Source of the DNA: an uncultured delta proteobacterium
GTDB taxonomy: Bacteria > Desulfobacterota > Binatia > Binatales > Binataceae
NCBI GenBank assembly: GCA_963724765.1
Contig: CAVRVY010000001.1
Location: 1,056,001-1,120,000 of the forward strand
Direction: 5' to 3'
DNA length: 64,000 nucleotides
In this document: positions 44,811-54,687 of the stretch, piece by piece
How the letters are laid out: every line of letters starts with the position of its first letter
How positions within the stretch are numbered: the stretch's first letter is position 1
Made by a program: the position numbers and the translations under genes
Notes under the pieces: model-generated
Seen by the model: the letters and a program-made list of their open reading frames with translations, nothing else
Database searches by the model: none
Told to the model about the DNA's origin: nothing

Positions 44811-45782
44811 GTGAGACGCAGGCGGATAATCATCGGGCTGCTGGTGGGTGCGATTCGCGCGGCCTTCCTGTCGGCGGCGTTCTATCTGGCGGCGGCGGTG
44901 GTGCCGCTGGTGGGGGCGATAGCCTCGCTGTTCGCGCCGGCGCCGATTCTGCTCTTCTCTGTAGGGTTTGCGAGGGCGCGATTGCGCGCCACGGTGGCGA
45001 TTGTGGTGGCTGCCGCCGCGGTCATGATGCTTGGCGGATGGATCGCGGCGCTTGGCTACCTGGTGACCTTCGGACTGGCCGCGGCCGTGATGTGCGACAT
45101 GATCGAGCGGCGCAAGCCCTTCGAGACGATCGTGCTGGTGACCGGCGCGCTCGTTTTGGCGGCCAGCGTGATCGCGGCCTTCGCGATGGCTGGTTCGGCC
45201 GAGGCATTGGCCAAAGGGGTCCACGATGCGTTGGCGTCGGGGATGGCGCGCGGCCACGACTTTTACAAAGTGCTCGGCATAGAGACCGGGATGGCCCACG
45301 AGGCTGAGGCCGGTCTGCTGGACATGATGCTGCGGCTGTGTCCGGCGCTGGTGGCGATGTGCGCGGGCTTTGGCGCGCTGCTCAATCTGGCGGCGTTTTG
45401 GCGGCTGGGCGGCCGACAGCGGCTCAGTTATCCACTGTTTGGCGACCTGGCCCGATGGTCGACGCCGGAATGGCTCATCTGGGTGTTGTTGGCGGCCGGG
45501 TTCGGGATGTTCGTTCCAGTGCCGGCGCTGGCGGTGGCCGCGATGGATGCGTTCGTGTGCGTGGCGGCGGTCTACTTCTGCCAGGGGCTGGCGATCATGG
45601 CCTTCTATTTTAAGGCCCTGGTTATCCCACCATGGGTCCGGGGATTGATCTATTTTGTTACAATAATTCAGCCGGTGCTTGCGGCGCTGGTATGCGCAGC
45701 CGGTATTTTCGATCTCTGGGTAGATTTTCGGCGGCTCAAACCGCCGAGCCAGGAGGCAGGTAACTTTGGCGACTTTTTCTAA
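44811..45782 (+). CDS. DUF2232/YybS membrane protein
   Basis: QGLAI, GIFDLWVDFRR; position between rpsR and rplI. Confidence 0.85.
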   Translation: MRRRRIIIGLLVGAIRAAFLSAAFYLAAAVVPLVGAIASLFAPAPILLFSVGFARARLRATVAIVVAAAAVMMLGGWIAALGYLVTFGLAAAVMCDMIERRKPFETIVLVTGALVLAASVIAAFAMAGSAEALAKGVHDALASGMARGHDFYKVLGIETGMAHEAEAGLLDMMLRLCPALVAMCAGFGALLNLAAFWRLGGRQRLSYPLFGDLARWSTPEWLIWVLLAAGFGMFVPVPALAVAAMDAFVCVAAVYFCQGLAIMAFYFKALVIPPWVRGLIYFVTIIQPVLAALVCAAGIFDLWVDFRRLKPPSQEAGNFGDFF

Positions 45783-45811
45783 GCGCCGGAGGAGTTTCGG
45801 CGGTCAAGCCT

Positions 45812-46261
45812 ATGAATGTGCAAGTAATTTTAAGTGAGGACGTGCCCAATCTGGGCCGTCCCGGAGACGTGGTCAAGGTCCGCGCCGGGTACGCTCGCAA
45901 CTACCTGCTGCCGCGCCGTCTCGCGGTCGAGGCCAGTTCCAGGAATCTGCGCGCCTTCGAGCATCAGAAGGGCCTGGCGATGCTGCGGCGCGAGACCAAC
46001 AAGGGCGTCGCGCTCAGGCTCAAACAGCAGCTCGAAGCGTTGACGCTCACGGTCGGCGCCAACGCCGGCGAAGAGGGCAAGTTGTTCGGATCGGTGACCA
46101 ATATCGATATCGAACGGGCGTTGCGCGAGCGCGGATTCAATATCGAGCGGCGAAAGATAATGTTGGCTGAGCCCATCAAGCAGCTCGGCGAGTTTACCGT
46201 TCCGGTGAGGCTCGACCCGGAGGTTGAAGCTGGCGTGAAGCTCACAGTCGCGGCGTCATAA
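45812..46261 (+). CDS. rplI: 50S ribosomal protein L9
   Basis: GYARNYLLP, GKLFGSVT. Confidence 0.97.
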   Translation: MNVQVILSEDVPNLGRPGDVVKVRAGYARNYLLPRRLAVEASSRNLRAFEHQKGLAMLRRETNKGVALRLKQQLEALTLTVGANAGEEGKLFGSVTNIDIERALRERGFNIERRKIMLAEPIKQLGEFTVPVRLDPEVEAGVKLTVAAS

Positions 46262-46273
46262 GGCCATCCGGGT

Positions 46274-46912
46274 ATGATGAAACTTTACGATTTCCTGCCC
46301 TGCCCATTCGGTCAAAAAGTGCGGATCGTTCTGGCGGAGAAGAGCCTCACCTACGAGCTCATCCAGATCGACCTCGCCCAAAACGACCAGCGGCGTCCCG
46401 AATTCCTGCGCCTCAACCCGTTCGCCCGGGTTCCGGTGCTGGTCGACGAGGACACCACCGTCTACGATTCGACGATCATCGTCGAATACCTGGAAGACGA
46501 GTATCCGGAGCCCCCGGTGTTGCCAACGATCAGCTCGAGCGCGCTGCGCGCGCGGGCACGGCTCTTCGAGGATTTTGCCGACACCTCGTTCACGCCACAG
46601 GTCGGACAGCTCATGGCCGAGATGGCTCGGGCCGAGGGCGAGCGCGACCAGGGACGCCTCCAGCGGTTGCATCGTTCGATCGAGCGGGCGCTCGATTATC
46701 TCAATCATGAGCTCACCGGTCAGCAGTTTCTTGCCGGCGATTTTTCGGTCGCCGACATCGGCTTTGCGCCGCGCGTGTTGGTGCTGAGCGAACTGGGCCT
46801 CGAGACGAGCACCAATCGCCCCAACGTCGACGCCTGGATAAAGCGGATGCTGGAGCGGCCGAGCATTCAGTCGCTGCAAGGCGTGACGCTCGAGCCGCTG
46901 GCCGGAGTTTAA
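46274..46912 (+). CDS. glutathione S-transferase family protein
   Basis: CPF..KVRI, LNPFARVPVL, DSTIIVEYL, FSVADI. Confidence 0.9.
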   Translation: MMKLYDFLPCPFGQKVRIVLAEKSLTYELIQIDLAQNDQRRPEFLRLNPFARVPVLVDEDTTVYDSTIIVEYLEDEYPEPPVLPTISSSALRARARLFEDFADTSFTPQVGQLMAEMARAEGERDQGRLQRLHRSIERALDYLNHELTGQQFLAGDFSVADIGFAPRVLVLSELGLETSTNRPNVDAWIKRMLERPSIQSLQGVTLEPLAGV

Positions 46913-47004
46913 TCACCGCGCGCGAGATCCAAACGATCCATCTCGCCGCGCGATCTCGCTGAGCAATCTTTTTGATCGATTTTGCGGATCGATCCTGAAG
47001 CCGG

Positions 47005-47049
47005 AAAAAGACAGACGCGCCGTCCGTACAAACGGGCGGCGCGCCTGAT
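47005..47049 (-). terminator. intrinsic terminator
   Basis: minus strand CAGGCGCGCCGCCCGT..ACGGACGGCGCGTCTG then TCTTTTT. Confidence 0.7.
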
Positions 47050-47136
47050 TTCAGGGTCACGGATGTGGAGCGGTAACGTCCTAACCTAGACCATCCGCGG
47101 TCGGTTTAATAGGGCAACCGGTTAGTAGGCGGCCCC

Positions 47137-47439
47137 TTAATAACGTTGATCCTCACCGAACAGTGGCTCTTCCTCGTCAGCTCGCGTCGAGGCCACGCCG
47201 GTTGCCCGGTAGAGCAGCTTGGCAGCGAACAGCTTGTTGCCCAGCCGGCCCTGCGGCTTGAGCATCCCGCCGTGTCGACGGCATCGTGGACAGGCCATCG
47301 TGCCGCTTAGCAGGCTGGCGTTGTCTGGAGTGATTCGCAAATCAAAGGTCGCTCCGCATCCCGGGTTCTGACATGCGGTCCTGTATACCACCCCCGGTCG
47401 CTCGGCGGTCTTGGTTTCAGTGCTCATCGCGGTTTGCAT
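47137..47439 (-). CDS. small putative Zn-ribbon protein
   Basis: AAGGAG RBS; CQNPGC...CPRC. Confidence 0.75.
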   Translation of the reverse strand: MQTAMSTETKTAERPGVVYRTACQNPGCGATFDLRITPDNASLLSGTMACPRCRRHGGMLKPQGRLGNKLFAAKLLYRATGVASTRADEEEPLFGEDQRY

Positions 47440-47490
47440 AGCGCTATCTCCTTCCTGCGTCTATAAGTCCTTATCGGCCGCGCCGTTGGA

Positions 47491-47518
47491 TTAGACGTAA
47501 ATGGTTTATAGAAGTTTC
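47491..47518 (-). promoter_or_regulatory. putative sigmaE-like ECF promoter
   Basis: GAAACTT-N16-TCTAA upstream of the Zn-ribbon gene. Confidence 0.5.
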
Positions 47519-47809
47519 AAGCAAGCGATGTGCCGGAATTGCCCTGAAGCTGCGATCGAAGAAAATCCATATATAAATCTTGATCTTAGAGACCTTGAGC
47601 GCGTTTGAGACCGGGATCATGAAAATTTCGCACTGTGGTCCTTTTTTGCAACAATCGTAACGGGTTTCTGGCAAAATGACCCAGAATCTCAAAGAGAAGC
47701 GTCTCATTTTAGAGCGGTTTCTATTTTGCGATGCTAATTATACGAGACGGCGCGCTCCTGGGATGACCGCCGAATGATCAGCTGATTAAACGAGAGGGTG
47801 GGCAGGGCA

Positions 47810-49045
47810 ATGAGGACGCTTGCGATGGTGATGGCTGGGGGACTGGGCAGCAGACTTCATCCGCTGACCCGCGACCGCGCCAAGCCAGCCGTGCCTTTCG
47901 GTGGGAAGTATCGGATCATCGATTTCGTCCTCTCCAACCTCGTGAATTCAAGAATCTATGCGATTTACGTGTTGGTCCAATGGCGCTCGCAGTCGCTTAT
48001 CGAGCACCTCAAGGACGGATGGCAGTTCGGCGGAATACTCAACGATCAGTTCGTCACTCCCGTCCCGGCGCAGATGCGGATGGGCGAGAGTTGGTACCAG
48101 GGCACTGCCGATGCCATCTTCCAGAATCTCAACCTGCTCGACGACAACCGCCCCGACCTCGTAGCGGTCTTCGGCGCCGACCATATCTATCGGATGGACG
48201 TGCAGCAGATGATCGAGTTCCATCTCGAGCGCAAAGCGGCCGTGACCGTCGCCACCATCCCGGTGTCCGTCGAGGAGTCCGACCAGTTCGGTATCGTCGA
48301 GGTCGATTCGGGGCTTCGCGTGTCGGGCTTCGAGGAGAAGCCGTCCACGGTCCATCCGATGCCGGGGGCTCCGGGACAATGTCTCGCCTCGATGGGCAAC
48401 TATCTGTTCGATCCCGAGGTGCTGCGCCGGGCGCTGCTGGAGGACTCGACGATCGCGTCGAGCCATCACGATTTCGGCCGCGATCTCATCCCACGCCTGA
48501 TTGAAAACGTTCCGGTCTACGCCTATAACTTCATGACCAATCGCATCCAGGGCGATTCCGAGGTCAACCTGAGTTACTGGCGCGACGTCGGCACGATCGA
48601 CGCTTACTACGAAGCCAACATGGATCTGCGCGACGCGCGGCCTCATCTGAACCTTTACAACCAGCGCTGGCCGCTGCGCACGGCTTACTACGACCAGCCG
48701 CCGGCCAAGTTCGTCTTCGACGAGAACGGGCGCCGCGGCGAGGCGCTGCACTCGATCATCTCCGAGGGCTGCATCGTGTCGGGCGGGATAGTGCGCAACT
48801 CGGTGCTCGGCCGTTCGGTCTTCGTGCACTCGTGGAGCCATGTCGAGGATTCGGTGCTGATGGACTATAGCGAGATCGGCCGCCACGCCCGCGTCCGCCG
48901 CGCGATCATCGACAAGAACGTTTACGTCCCCGAGGGCGACGAGATCGGTTACGATCTCGAGCGTGACCGCCAGCGCTTTCACGTCACCGACTCCGGCCTG
49001 GTCGTGATCGCCAAGGCCCCCAAGCGCGAACGGCAGAGCCTGTGA
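47810..49045 (+). CDS. glgC: glucose-1-phosphate adenylyltransferase
   Basis: RAKPAVPFGGKYR, WYQGTADA, FEEKP, YWRDVGT. Confidence 0.96.
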   Translation: MRTLAMVMAGGLGSRLHPLTRDRAKPAVPFGGKYRIIDFVLSNLVNSRIYAIYVLVQWRSQSLIEHLKDGWQFGGILNDQFVTPVPAQMRMGESWYQGTADAIFQNLNLLDDNRPDLVAVFGADHIYRMDVQQMIEFHLERKAAVTVATIPVSVEESDQFGIVEVDSGLRVSGFEEKPSTVHPMPGAPGQCLASMGNYLFDPEVLRRALLEDSTIASSHHDFGRDLIPRLIENVPVYAYNFMTNRIQGDSEVNLSYWRDVGTIDAYYEANMDLRDARPHLNLYNQRWPLRTAYYDQPPAKFVFDENGRRGEALHSIISEGCIVSGGIVRNSVLGRSVFVHSWSHVEDSVLMDYSEIGRHARVRRAIIDKNVYVPEGDEIGYDLERDRQRFHVTDSGLVVIAKAPKRERQSL

Positions 49046-50175
49046 CACAAAGCCATGCCAACGCCCCGACGGATAAGGCGGCTGGCGCCTCGTTCGTCAC
49101 GCCGGCTGTCGCCAATCGCACGGCCGCCGCCGGTAACACGATTCGCGACGACGGCGCGGCCGAGGCCGCGCCGTTAAGCGGCGGCGCGCGCGAGCGTCCA
49201 CCGCTTGCCGGGCTTAAGCTCGGCCGCAAGGACTGGCTGCTGTTTCAGTTGATGCGAGCCGTGGTCCAGGCTTTCAGCCTGTTGCCCGACTTCGTGCTGT
49301 ATCCGCTCGGGGTGCTCGGCGGTTATATCTGCTATCTGATTGACCGGCGCCACGTGGCGATCGGGATGGTCAATCTGGCGATTGCGTTTCCGGACCGCAG
49401 CGAGCGCGAACGCCGGCGCATCGTGCGCGCCTCGTACCTGAATCTGGGCCGCGGCGGCGCCGAGTACGTGCGCCTGGCCGGCTTTTTCTATCGCCGGCTC
49501 GTCGGACGCGTGGCCTACGAGCGCTTCCAATACTGGGACGAGCTCAAGCGGCGCTATCCGGGCCGCGGCATCGTCGTACTCAGCGCCCACTTCGGTAACT
49601 TCGAACTTTTGGCGACCGCCCACGCCCTTCACGGCCATCAGATAACCCTCGTCCATCACACGCAACGCTTTGTGGCCGGCGACGCATTGATGACCTGGGT
49701 GCGCGAACGCGCCGGCGTCAACGTCGTACGCAAGCGTTCGGCCGCGCGCGCGGTGCTCAAGGCGCTCGGCGATGGCCAACTGGTCGGCGTGCCGTTCGAT
49801 CAGAACGCCAAGCGCGGCGAGGCGGTTTTTGTGCCGTTCTTCGGCGAGCCGGCGGCGACCTCGCGTACGCTGGCGCGGTTGGTGCAAAAGTCGCATGCGA
49901 TCGTGGTTCCGGTCTTCATCGTGCGCGAGCCCGACAACCGCCACCATCGCATCGTCATCCGGGACCACATCGTGCTCCAGGAGAGCGCCGACGCCGAGGC
50001 CGATATCGAGGAGAACACCCGGCGGTTTCTGTGCCCGATCGAGGACATGGTGCGGCGCTATCCCGAGCAGTTCCTGTGGCAGCATCGGCGCTACCGCACG
50101 CGGCCGCGTGGGATGCCGCCACTGTACGTAGAAGGCCGCCGTCATCGCGATTCCCGCCCCAAAGCGGCGCGATAG
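49042..50175 (+). CDS. lipid A biosynthesis acyltransferase (LpxL family)
   Basis: HFGNFE, DQN..FVPFFG, PEQFLWQHRR. Confidence 0.88.
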   Translation: MTQSHANAPTDKAAGASFVTPAVANRTAAAGNTIRDDGAAEAAPLSGGARERPPLAGLKLGRKDWLLFQLMRAVVQAFSLLPDFVLYPLGVLGGYICYLIDRRHVAIGMVNLAIAFPDRSERERRRIVRASYLNLGRGGAEYVRLAGFFYRRLVGRVAYERFQYWDELKRRYPGRGIVVLSAHFGNFELLATAHALHGHQITLVHHTQRFVAGDALMTWVRERAGVNVVRKRSAARAVLKALGDGQLVGVPFDQNAKRGEAVFVPFFGEPAATSRTLARLVQKSHAIVVPVFIVREPDNRHHRIVIRDHIVLQESADAEADIEENTRRFLCPIEDMVRRYPEQFLWQHRRYRTRPRGMPPLYVEGRRHRDSRPKAAR

Positions 50176-50414
50176 ATCGTCCGCGCGCAGCTCCTCTGTT
50201 CGAAGAAATCGCTACAGTCAGGCCCTCGTCGTAACCGCAACACCCTCAAGCGAGTTCTGAAGCCTTCACTTTATCGCAGACGCCGCTATTGATTCTCGTT
50301 GTCTCGGAAAGACGCCAGAAAGTCGCTTGACTGATACCCTATCGCAACGTAGGTTGTGTACCCCTGGCTCGGCCCAAATCGCCGAATCGAAAGCCCCTAT
50401 ACGGGAGTTTCAAA

Positions 50415-51800
50415 TTGGGCAGCTTTAACATTGGGCGCCGAGAGGTTTCGTTTCCATCAGTTCCGCCAGGCATTGGTAACGTCATCGTCGAGTCGTGGTC
50501 GCGCTGCTGCGAAGCCGGAATAGATCCCGGCAACACACCGTTACGTAGAATTTCCGATGACGATCTGCAGCGCCGCTTGAACCGCAATCGCCTGCTGGTC
50601 GAGACTGCAGCTCCTCATCTGAAGTGGCTTTCGGCCTCAATGGCGGGACCTCAGCAGGCAGTGTATATCGTCGACGGTGATGGCATCGTGCTGGATTCTG
50701 TTGCGAATGACGGCACCAGCGTGCGCGAGATCGGTCTGGAACCTGGGTTCGATTGGTCAGAACCCAGCATGGGAACGAATGGGGCAGGGACTGCGTTGGC
50801 CGCCAATCGGCCGGTTGCCATCGTTCGACACGAGCATTTCTCCTGCATGCTCGACGGCTGGACCTGCACTGCCGCCCCGATACACGGTCCAGATGGCGAG
50901 GTCATCGGAGCAATAGATATGAGCACGACGGCCCCGGGCTCCGCTTCGGAACGAGTGTTCCTGGTGGCCTATGCTGCATCGATGATTGAGCGCGACCTTG
51001 CCTGGCGCGTTAAATCCGGAAGCAGGGACGTGTCGGCCGATCTTATCGATGGCGCACGTGCCGAGCACCTTCGAGTCTTGGAGCAATCCGAGCGAGAAGT
51101 GCGCAGCAGGGAAATGGCACTTGCAACGGCAGCGCACGAGATCCGCTCACCGCTGCAGCTCTTACGACTCGAGATGCATCTGACGATTCTAGAGGCGTCG
51201 TCGATGGAAGGGCTGGGCTCGGGCGCGCCAGAATGGCTGCAGAAGCGCTTGCACAAGATCTCTGCGTGTATAGATGAGTTAGAGGGGCTGCTCAATGATT
51301 TCCTCGACGTGAATTTGGCCACCGAGGGGAAATTCAACTTTCGGCCCGAGCTAATCGATCTAGGCGACACAATTCGTGACCTTGCCGCTGATTTTCAGAA
51401 ACAAAGACGGGGAGACCGCCCTCAGATCAGATTTGATCTGCCCTCAGGCATTGTTGGCATGTGGGACAAGACCCGCGTACGGCAGATTGTGGCGAATCTA
51501 CTTGGCAATGCGGCCAAGCACTCGCGAGGTGAATTGGTCGACGTAGTGCTCAGTTCTGATATTGCCTGCGGCTATATTGAAGTTCGTGACAATGGGGTGG
51601 GAATCAGCCAGTACGATCAGGAGCGTATCTTTAGGCCGTTCGAGACGGCGGGGGATTCACCGGGAAAGACCAGCGGACTAGGGCTCTGGATCGTCCGAAA
51701 GTTAGTCACTGCGATGCGGGGACGTATATTTGTCATCAGCGAGGTCGGACTTGGAACCACATTTCGAGTCGAACTGCCTCGTGAAGTGCCTTCAAACTAA
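50415..51800 (+). CDS. orphan GAF-domain (AcoR-type) sensor histidine kinase
   Basis: SWSRC, WSE..MGTNGAG, CTAAPI; AHEIRSPL, NLLGNA, DNGVG, GLGL; lower GC3. Confidence 0.85.
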   Translation: MGSFNIGRREVSFPSVPPGIGNVIVESWSRCCEAGIDPGNTPLRRISDDDLQRRLNRNRLLVETAAPHLKWLSASMAGPQQAVYIVDGDGIVLDSVANDGTSVREIGLEPGFDWSEPSMGTNGAGTALAANRPVAIVRHEHFSCMLDGWTCTAAPIHGPDGEVIGAIDMSTTAPGSASERVFLVAYAASMIERDLAWRVKSGSRDVSADLIDGARAEHLRVLEQSEREVRSREMALATAAHEIRSPLQLLRLEMHLTILEASSMEGLGSGAPEWLQKRLHKISACIDELEGLLNDFLDVNLATEGKFNFRPELIDLGDTIRDLAADFQKQRRGDRPQIRFDLPSGIVGMWDKTRVRQIVANLLGNAAKHSRGELVDVVLSSDIACGYIEVRDNGVGISQYDQERIFRPFETAGDSPGKTSGLGLWIVRKLVTAMRGRIFVISEVGLGTTFRVELPREVPSN

Positions 51801-51982
51801 CCTTCACCATACACACGGTGCCCGCTCCATCGCGCGGCCTTGGCAATGAGTCCGCGGGGCCAGGTAGGATACCGAGAGCTTACGGGCGTTCCAGGAGATG
51901 CATCGCCGTGGCCTCGGCGATTCGCTGCTCAAGCTGACCGATTGCGCGCCCGCTGATTCAGAAGTTCACCCTCTCCCATAGG

Positions 51983-52038
51983 GCCGCCACGTGACGAGGC
52001 CGGCGCCATCGCGATCCCGTCCCTAAGCGGCGCAATAG
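51983..52038 (+). repeat. degenerate copy of the lpxL-like 3' end (50115-50175)
   Basis: AGGCCGGCGCCATCGCGATCCCGTCCCTAAGCGGCGCAATAG vs AGGCCGCCGTCATCGCGATTCCCGCCCCAAAGCGGCGCGATAG (37/43). Confidence 0.8.
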
Positions 52039-52113
52039 CCGTATCGCACTGATCGTTCCCGCCGGAACATTGTCCCGGAGGCGGCGGTTCTACAGTTACA
52101 GTAGAATATCCGC

Positions 52114-53277
52114 ATGATGATGAATTTTGAGTTTTTTGACGGCGCCTGGGCCGCCAGCAGGCCGTCGCACCACTACGCGTTGTCTGAGGGATTTGGCGCC
52201 GCGCCGGCGATTTTAGCCGCCGCCACCGCGCTCCCGCCCAACGTGGTCGAGCAGCAGTCGCTGGCCGCTCTGCTCAAGGCGCTGTGGGGCGAAAAATACG
52301 ACCAGTCGCGGCGCTGGCGCTCGACTTTCGAGCAGATCCAGCGCTCCGTGCGGATCGATCGGCGCTACCTGGCGCTGCCGGTCAGCGAGTACCCGGCGCT
52401 CGACTCGTTCGCCAAGACCAACGCCGCGTGGACCACTGTGGCGCCGGAGTTGGGCGCCGCCGCGGCCCAGCGCGCGCTTGCGGCGGCCGGGATGACGGCG
52501 CGCGACGTCGATCATCTCTTCTTCGTTACCGGCACCGGGATCGCGACGCCGAGCCTCGATGCGCGAATTGTCAACCGGCTCGGGATGCGTGCGGACGTGC
52601 GGCGCACGCCGATTTTCGGCCTGGGTTGCGCCGGCGGCGTGGCTGGCGTCATCCGCGCCACCGACGTGTTGCGCGGATTTCCCGGCCAGGTCGCGATGGT
52701 CGTGTCGGCCGAGCTGTGCTCGCTCACCTTGCAACGCACCGACGACTCGGTCGCCAACATCATCGCCTCGGCGCTCTTCGGCGATGGCGCGGCGGCCGTG
52801 CTACTGGGCGGTGCGCATCTGGCCAACTGCGGCGCCGGCATCCCCCCGCGCGTTATCGCGACGCGCTCGGTCTTTTATCCCGACAGTGAACGGATGATGG
52901 GATGGGACGTGGTGGACAGCGGATTCAAGATTGTGCTTTCGCCCGCGATTCCCGACTTGGTCCGCGAGCATCTGGGCGGCGACGTGGACGCGATGCTCGC
53001 CGAGCATGGGCTTGCGCGCTCCGCGATAAGCCATTGGATCGCGCATACCGGCGGCAACCGCGTGCTCGAGGCGATCGCCACGGCGCTCGATCTTCCGTCC
53101 GGCGCGCTGGACCGTTCATGGCGGCTGCTCGCGGCGACCGGTAATCTGTCTTCGGCCTCGGTCCTGTTCGTGTTGCGCGATCTGCTCGACGCGCGCGCGG
53201 CGCGCGCCGGCGATTACGGGCTGATGCTCGCGATGGGCCCGGGTTTCTGCGCCGAGCTGGCGCTTCTGCAATGGTGA
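52114..53277 (+). CDS. type III polyketide synthase (SrsA/BpsA-like)
   Basis: GLGCAGG catalytic Cys, ALFGDG, HTGG, GNLSS, MGPG. Confidence 0.93.
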   Translation: MMMNFEFFDGAWAASRPSHHYALSEGFGAAPAILAAATALPPNVVEQQSLAALLKALWGEKYDQSRRWRSTFEQIQRSVRIDRRYLALPVSEYPALDSFAKTNAAWTTVAPELGAAAAQRALAAAGMTARDVDHLFFVTGTGIATPSLDARIVNRLGMRADVRRTPIFGLGCAGGVAGVIRATDVLRGFPGQVAMVVSAELCSLTLQRTDDSVANIIASALFGDGAAAVLLGGAHLANCGAGIPPRVIATRSVFYPDSERMMGWDVVDSGFKIVLSPAIPDLVREHLGGDVDAMLAEHGLARSAISHWIAHTGGNRVLEAIATALDLPSGALDRSWRLLAATGNLSSASVLFVLRDLLDARAARAGDYGLMLAMGPGFCAELALLQW

Positions 53278-53888
53278 TCTCGCTCGGCGCGTATCTGGCG
53301 ATTGTGGCGGCGCTCGCGCTCGAGCGGGTATTCCATCTTGGGCTCGCATCGCGCAACGCGCGCCGCGCGTTTGCGATGGGCGCGGTCGAGCGCGGGCGGG
53401 GTCATTATCCGGCGATGGCCGCATTCCATGCGCTCTTCCTGTTCTCGGCCGCGGCCGAGGCGATCGTACTCAAGCGTCCATTTCCGGGGGCGCTTGGATG
53501 GACGGCGCTCGGCGGCGCGCTCGGCGCTCAAGCGCTTCGCTACTGGTCCATCGCGAGCCTCGGCGCGCGCTGGAACACGCGCATCATCGTGTTTCCGGGG
53601 ATGCCGCCGATAAGCCGCGGGCCGTATCGTTTCGTGCGCCATCCCAACTATCTCGCCGTAATCGTCGAGGTCGCATGCGTGCCGCTGATCCATGGATGCT
53701 GGCTCACAGCGGTCGTTTTCTCGATCGGCAACGCGGTGCTGTTGCGCGTGCGGATTCGCGAGGAGGAGGCCGCGATGGGCCCGCGCTACGCGCTGAAGTT
53801 CGGCAGCCGGCCGCGGCTGATTCCGAAGCTTCCGCCGCGGCCGGAGCGTCGCGAATCCAGCGCCGACGCCCGCCGCACCACCGGTTGA
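53271..53888 (+). CDS. ICMT-family methyltransferase (SrsB/BpsB-like)
   Basis: SRNA, WNTRII, GPYRFVRHPNY, RIREEE. Confidence 0.9.
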   Translation: MVISLGAYLAIVAALALERVFHLGLASRNARRAFAMGAVERGRGHYPAMAAFHALFLFSAAAEAIVLKRPFPGALGWTALGGALGAQALRYWSIASLGARWNTRIIVFPGMPPISRGPYRFVRHPNYLAVIVEVACVPLIHGCWLTAVVFSIGNAVLLRVRIREEEAAMGPRYALKFGSRPRLIPKLPPRPERRESSADARRTTG

Positions 53889-54199
53889 GGGCTTGGCTGG
53901 AGCGAGTCTCCTTTGACGGCTCGCCACTTGCGCCCGCTGAGCGTTCGAGTCTTTCCACTTGTGACGGGCGTGCCTCTTACCCCTTCCCCAATTGTCTCGG
54001 GGGAGGTCGGGTGGGGGTCGAGCGAGGAAGCGCCGGATGTCCGCGCTCAAGCGGCGCTTCCTCGTCCTAATCTTCCTGTCATGAGCGCGCGGCCCTCACG
54101 CGATGACCCTCGCAAAATGCCTGAATCGCGATAGACTGGGCGGCCAATGCGCGACGCGGGAGCTTGATGCTCCGCGTCATAACCACGGAGGATTTCCCA

Positions 54200-54616
54200 A
54201 TGAGTAAGACTTTCGAGAAGCACGCAATCACCGCGGAGTTCGCCCAGAAGCTGGTCGAGGCGGCGGTCGCAAAGGCCCACGAACTCAAGGTTCCGCAGTG
54301 TGTGGCCGTCCTCGACGATGGCGGGAATCTGAAGGCGTTCGTGCGCATGGACGGCGCCGCGCTCATCCCGATTGAGATCGCGCAGAGCAAAGCCTACACC
54401 GCGCTGTTCGGCTTTCCGACTCACGATTTTTTCAACTTTATCAAGGGCGATCCCGCGCTGGTCGCCGGCATCCCGTCCCGCCCGCGCGTGGCCGCGTTCG
54501 GCGGCGGCTATCCGATCAAGATTGACGGCCACATCATCGGCGCGATCGGCGTCAGCGGCGGATCGGTCGAACAGGATATGCAGTGCGCCGAGGCGGCATT
54601 GCAGCTTACGAAGTAG
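54200..54616 (+). CDS. GlcG/HbpS heme-binding protein
   Basis: VLDDGG, RMDGA, KAYTA, GAIGVSGG..D. Confidence 0.9.
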   Translation: MSKTFEKHAITAEFAQKLVEAAVAKAHELKVPQCVAVLDDGGNLKAFVRMDGAALIPIEIAQSKAYTALFGFPTHDFFNFIKGDPALVAGIPSRPRVAAFGGGYPIKIDGHIIGAIGVSGGSVEQDMQCAEAALQLTK

Positions 54617-54687
54617 AACTGCGAAGCGGCTTACGAAACAAACCTGAAAAAAGCGGAGCGCATCGCGCCGGCGTTGCGCTCCCGCTT

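Noticed and set aside
53975-54018. CCCCTTCCCC..GGGGGAGG..GGGTGGGGG palindrome (similar at about 35503-35531)
   Set aside because: Looks like a degenerate REP-type repeat; too degraded to support more.
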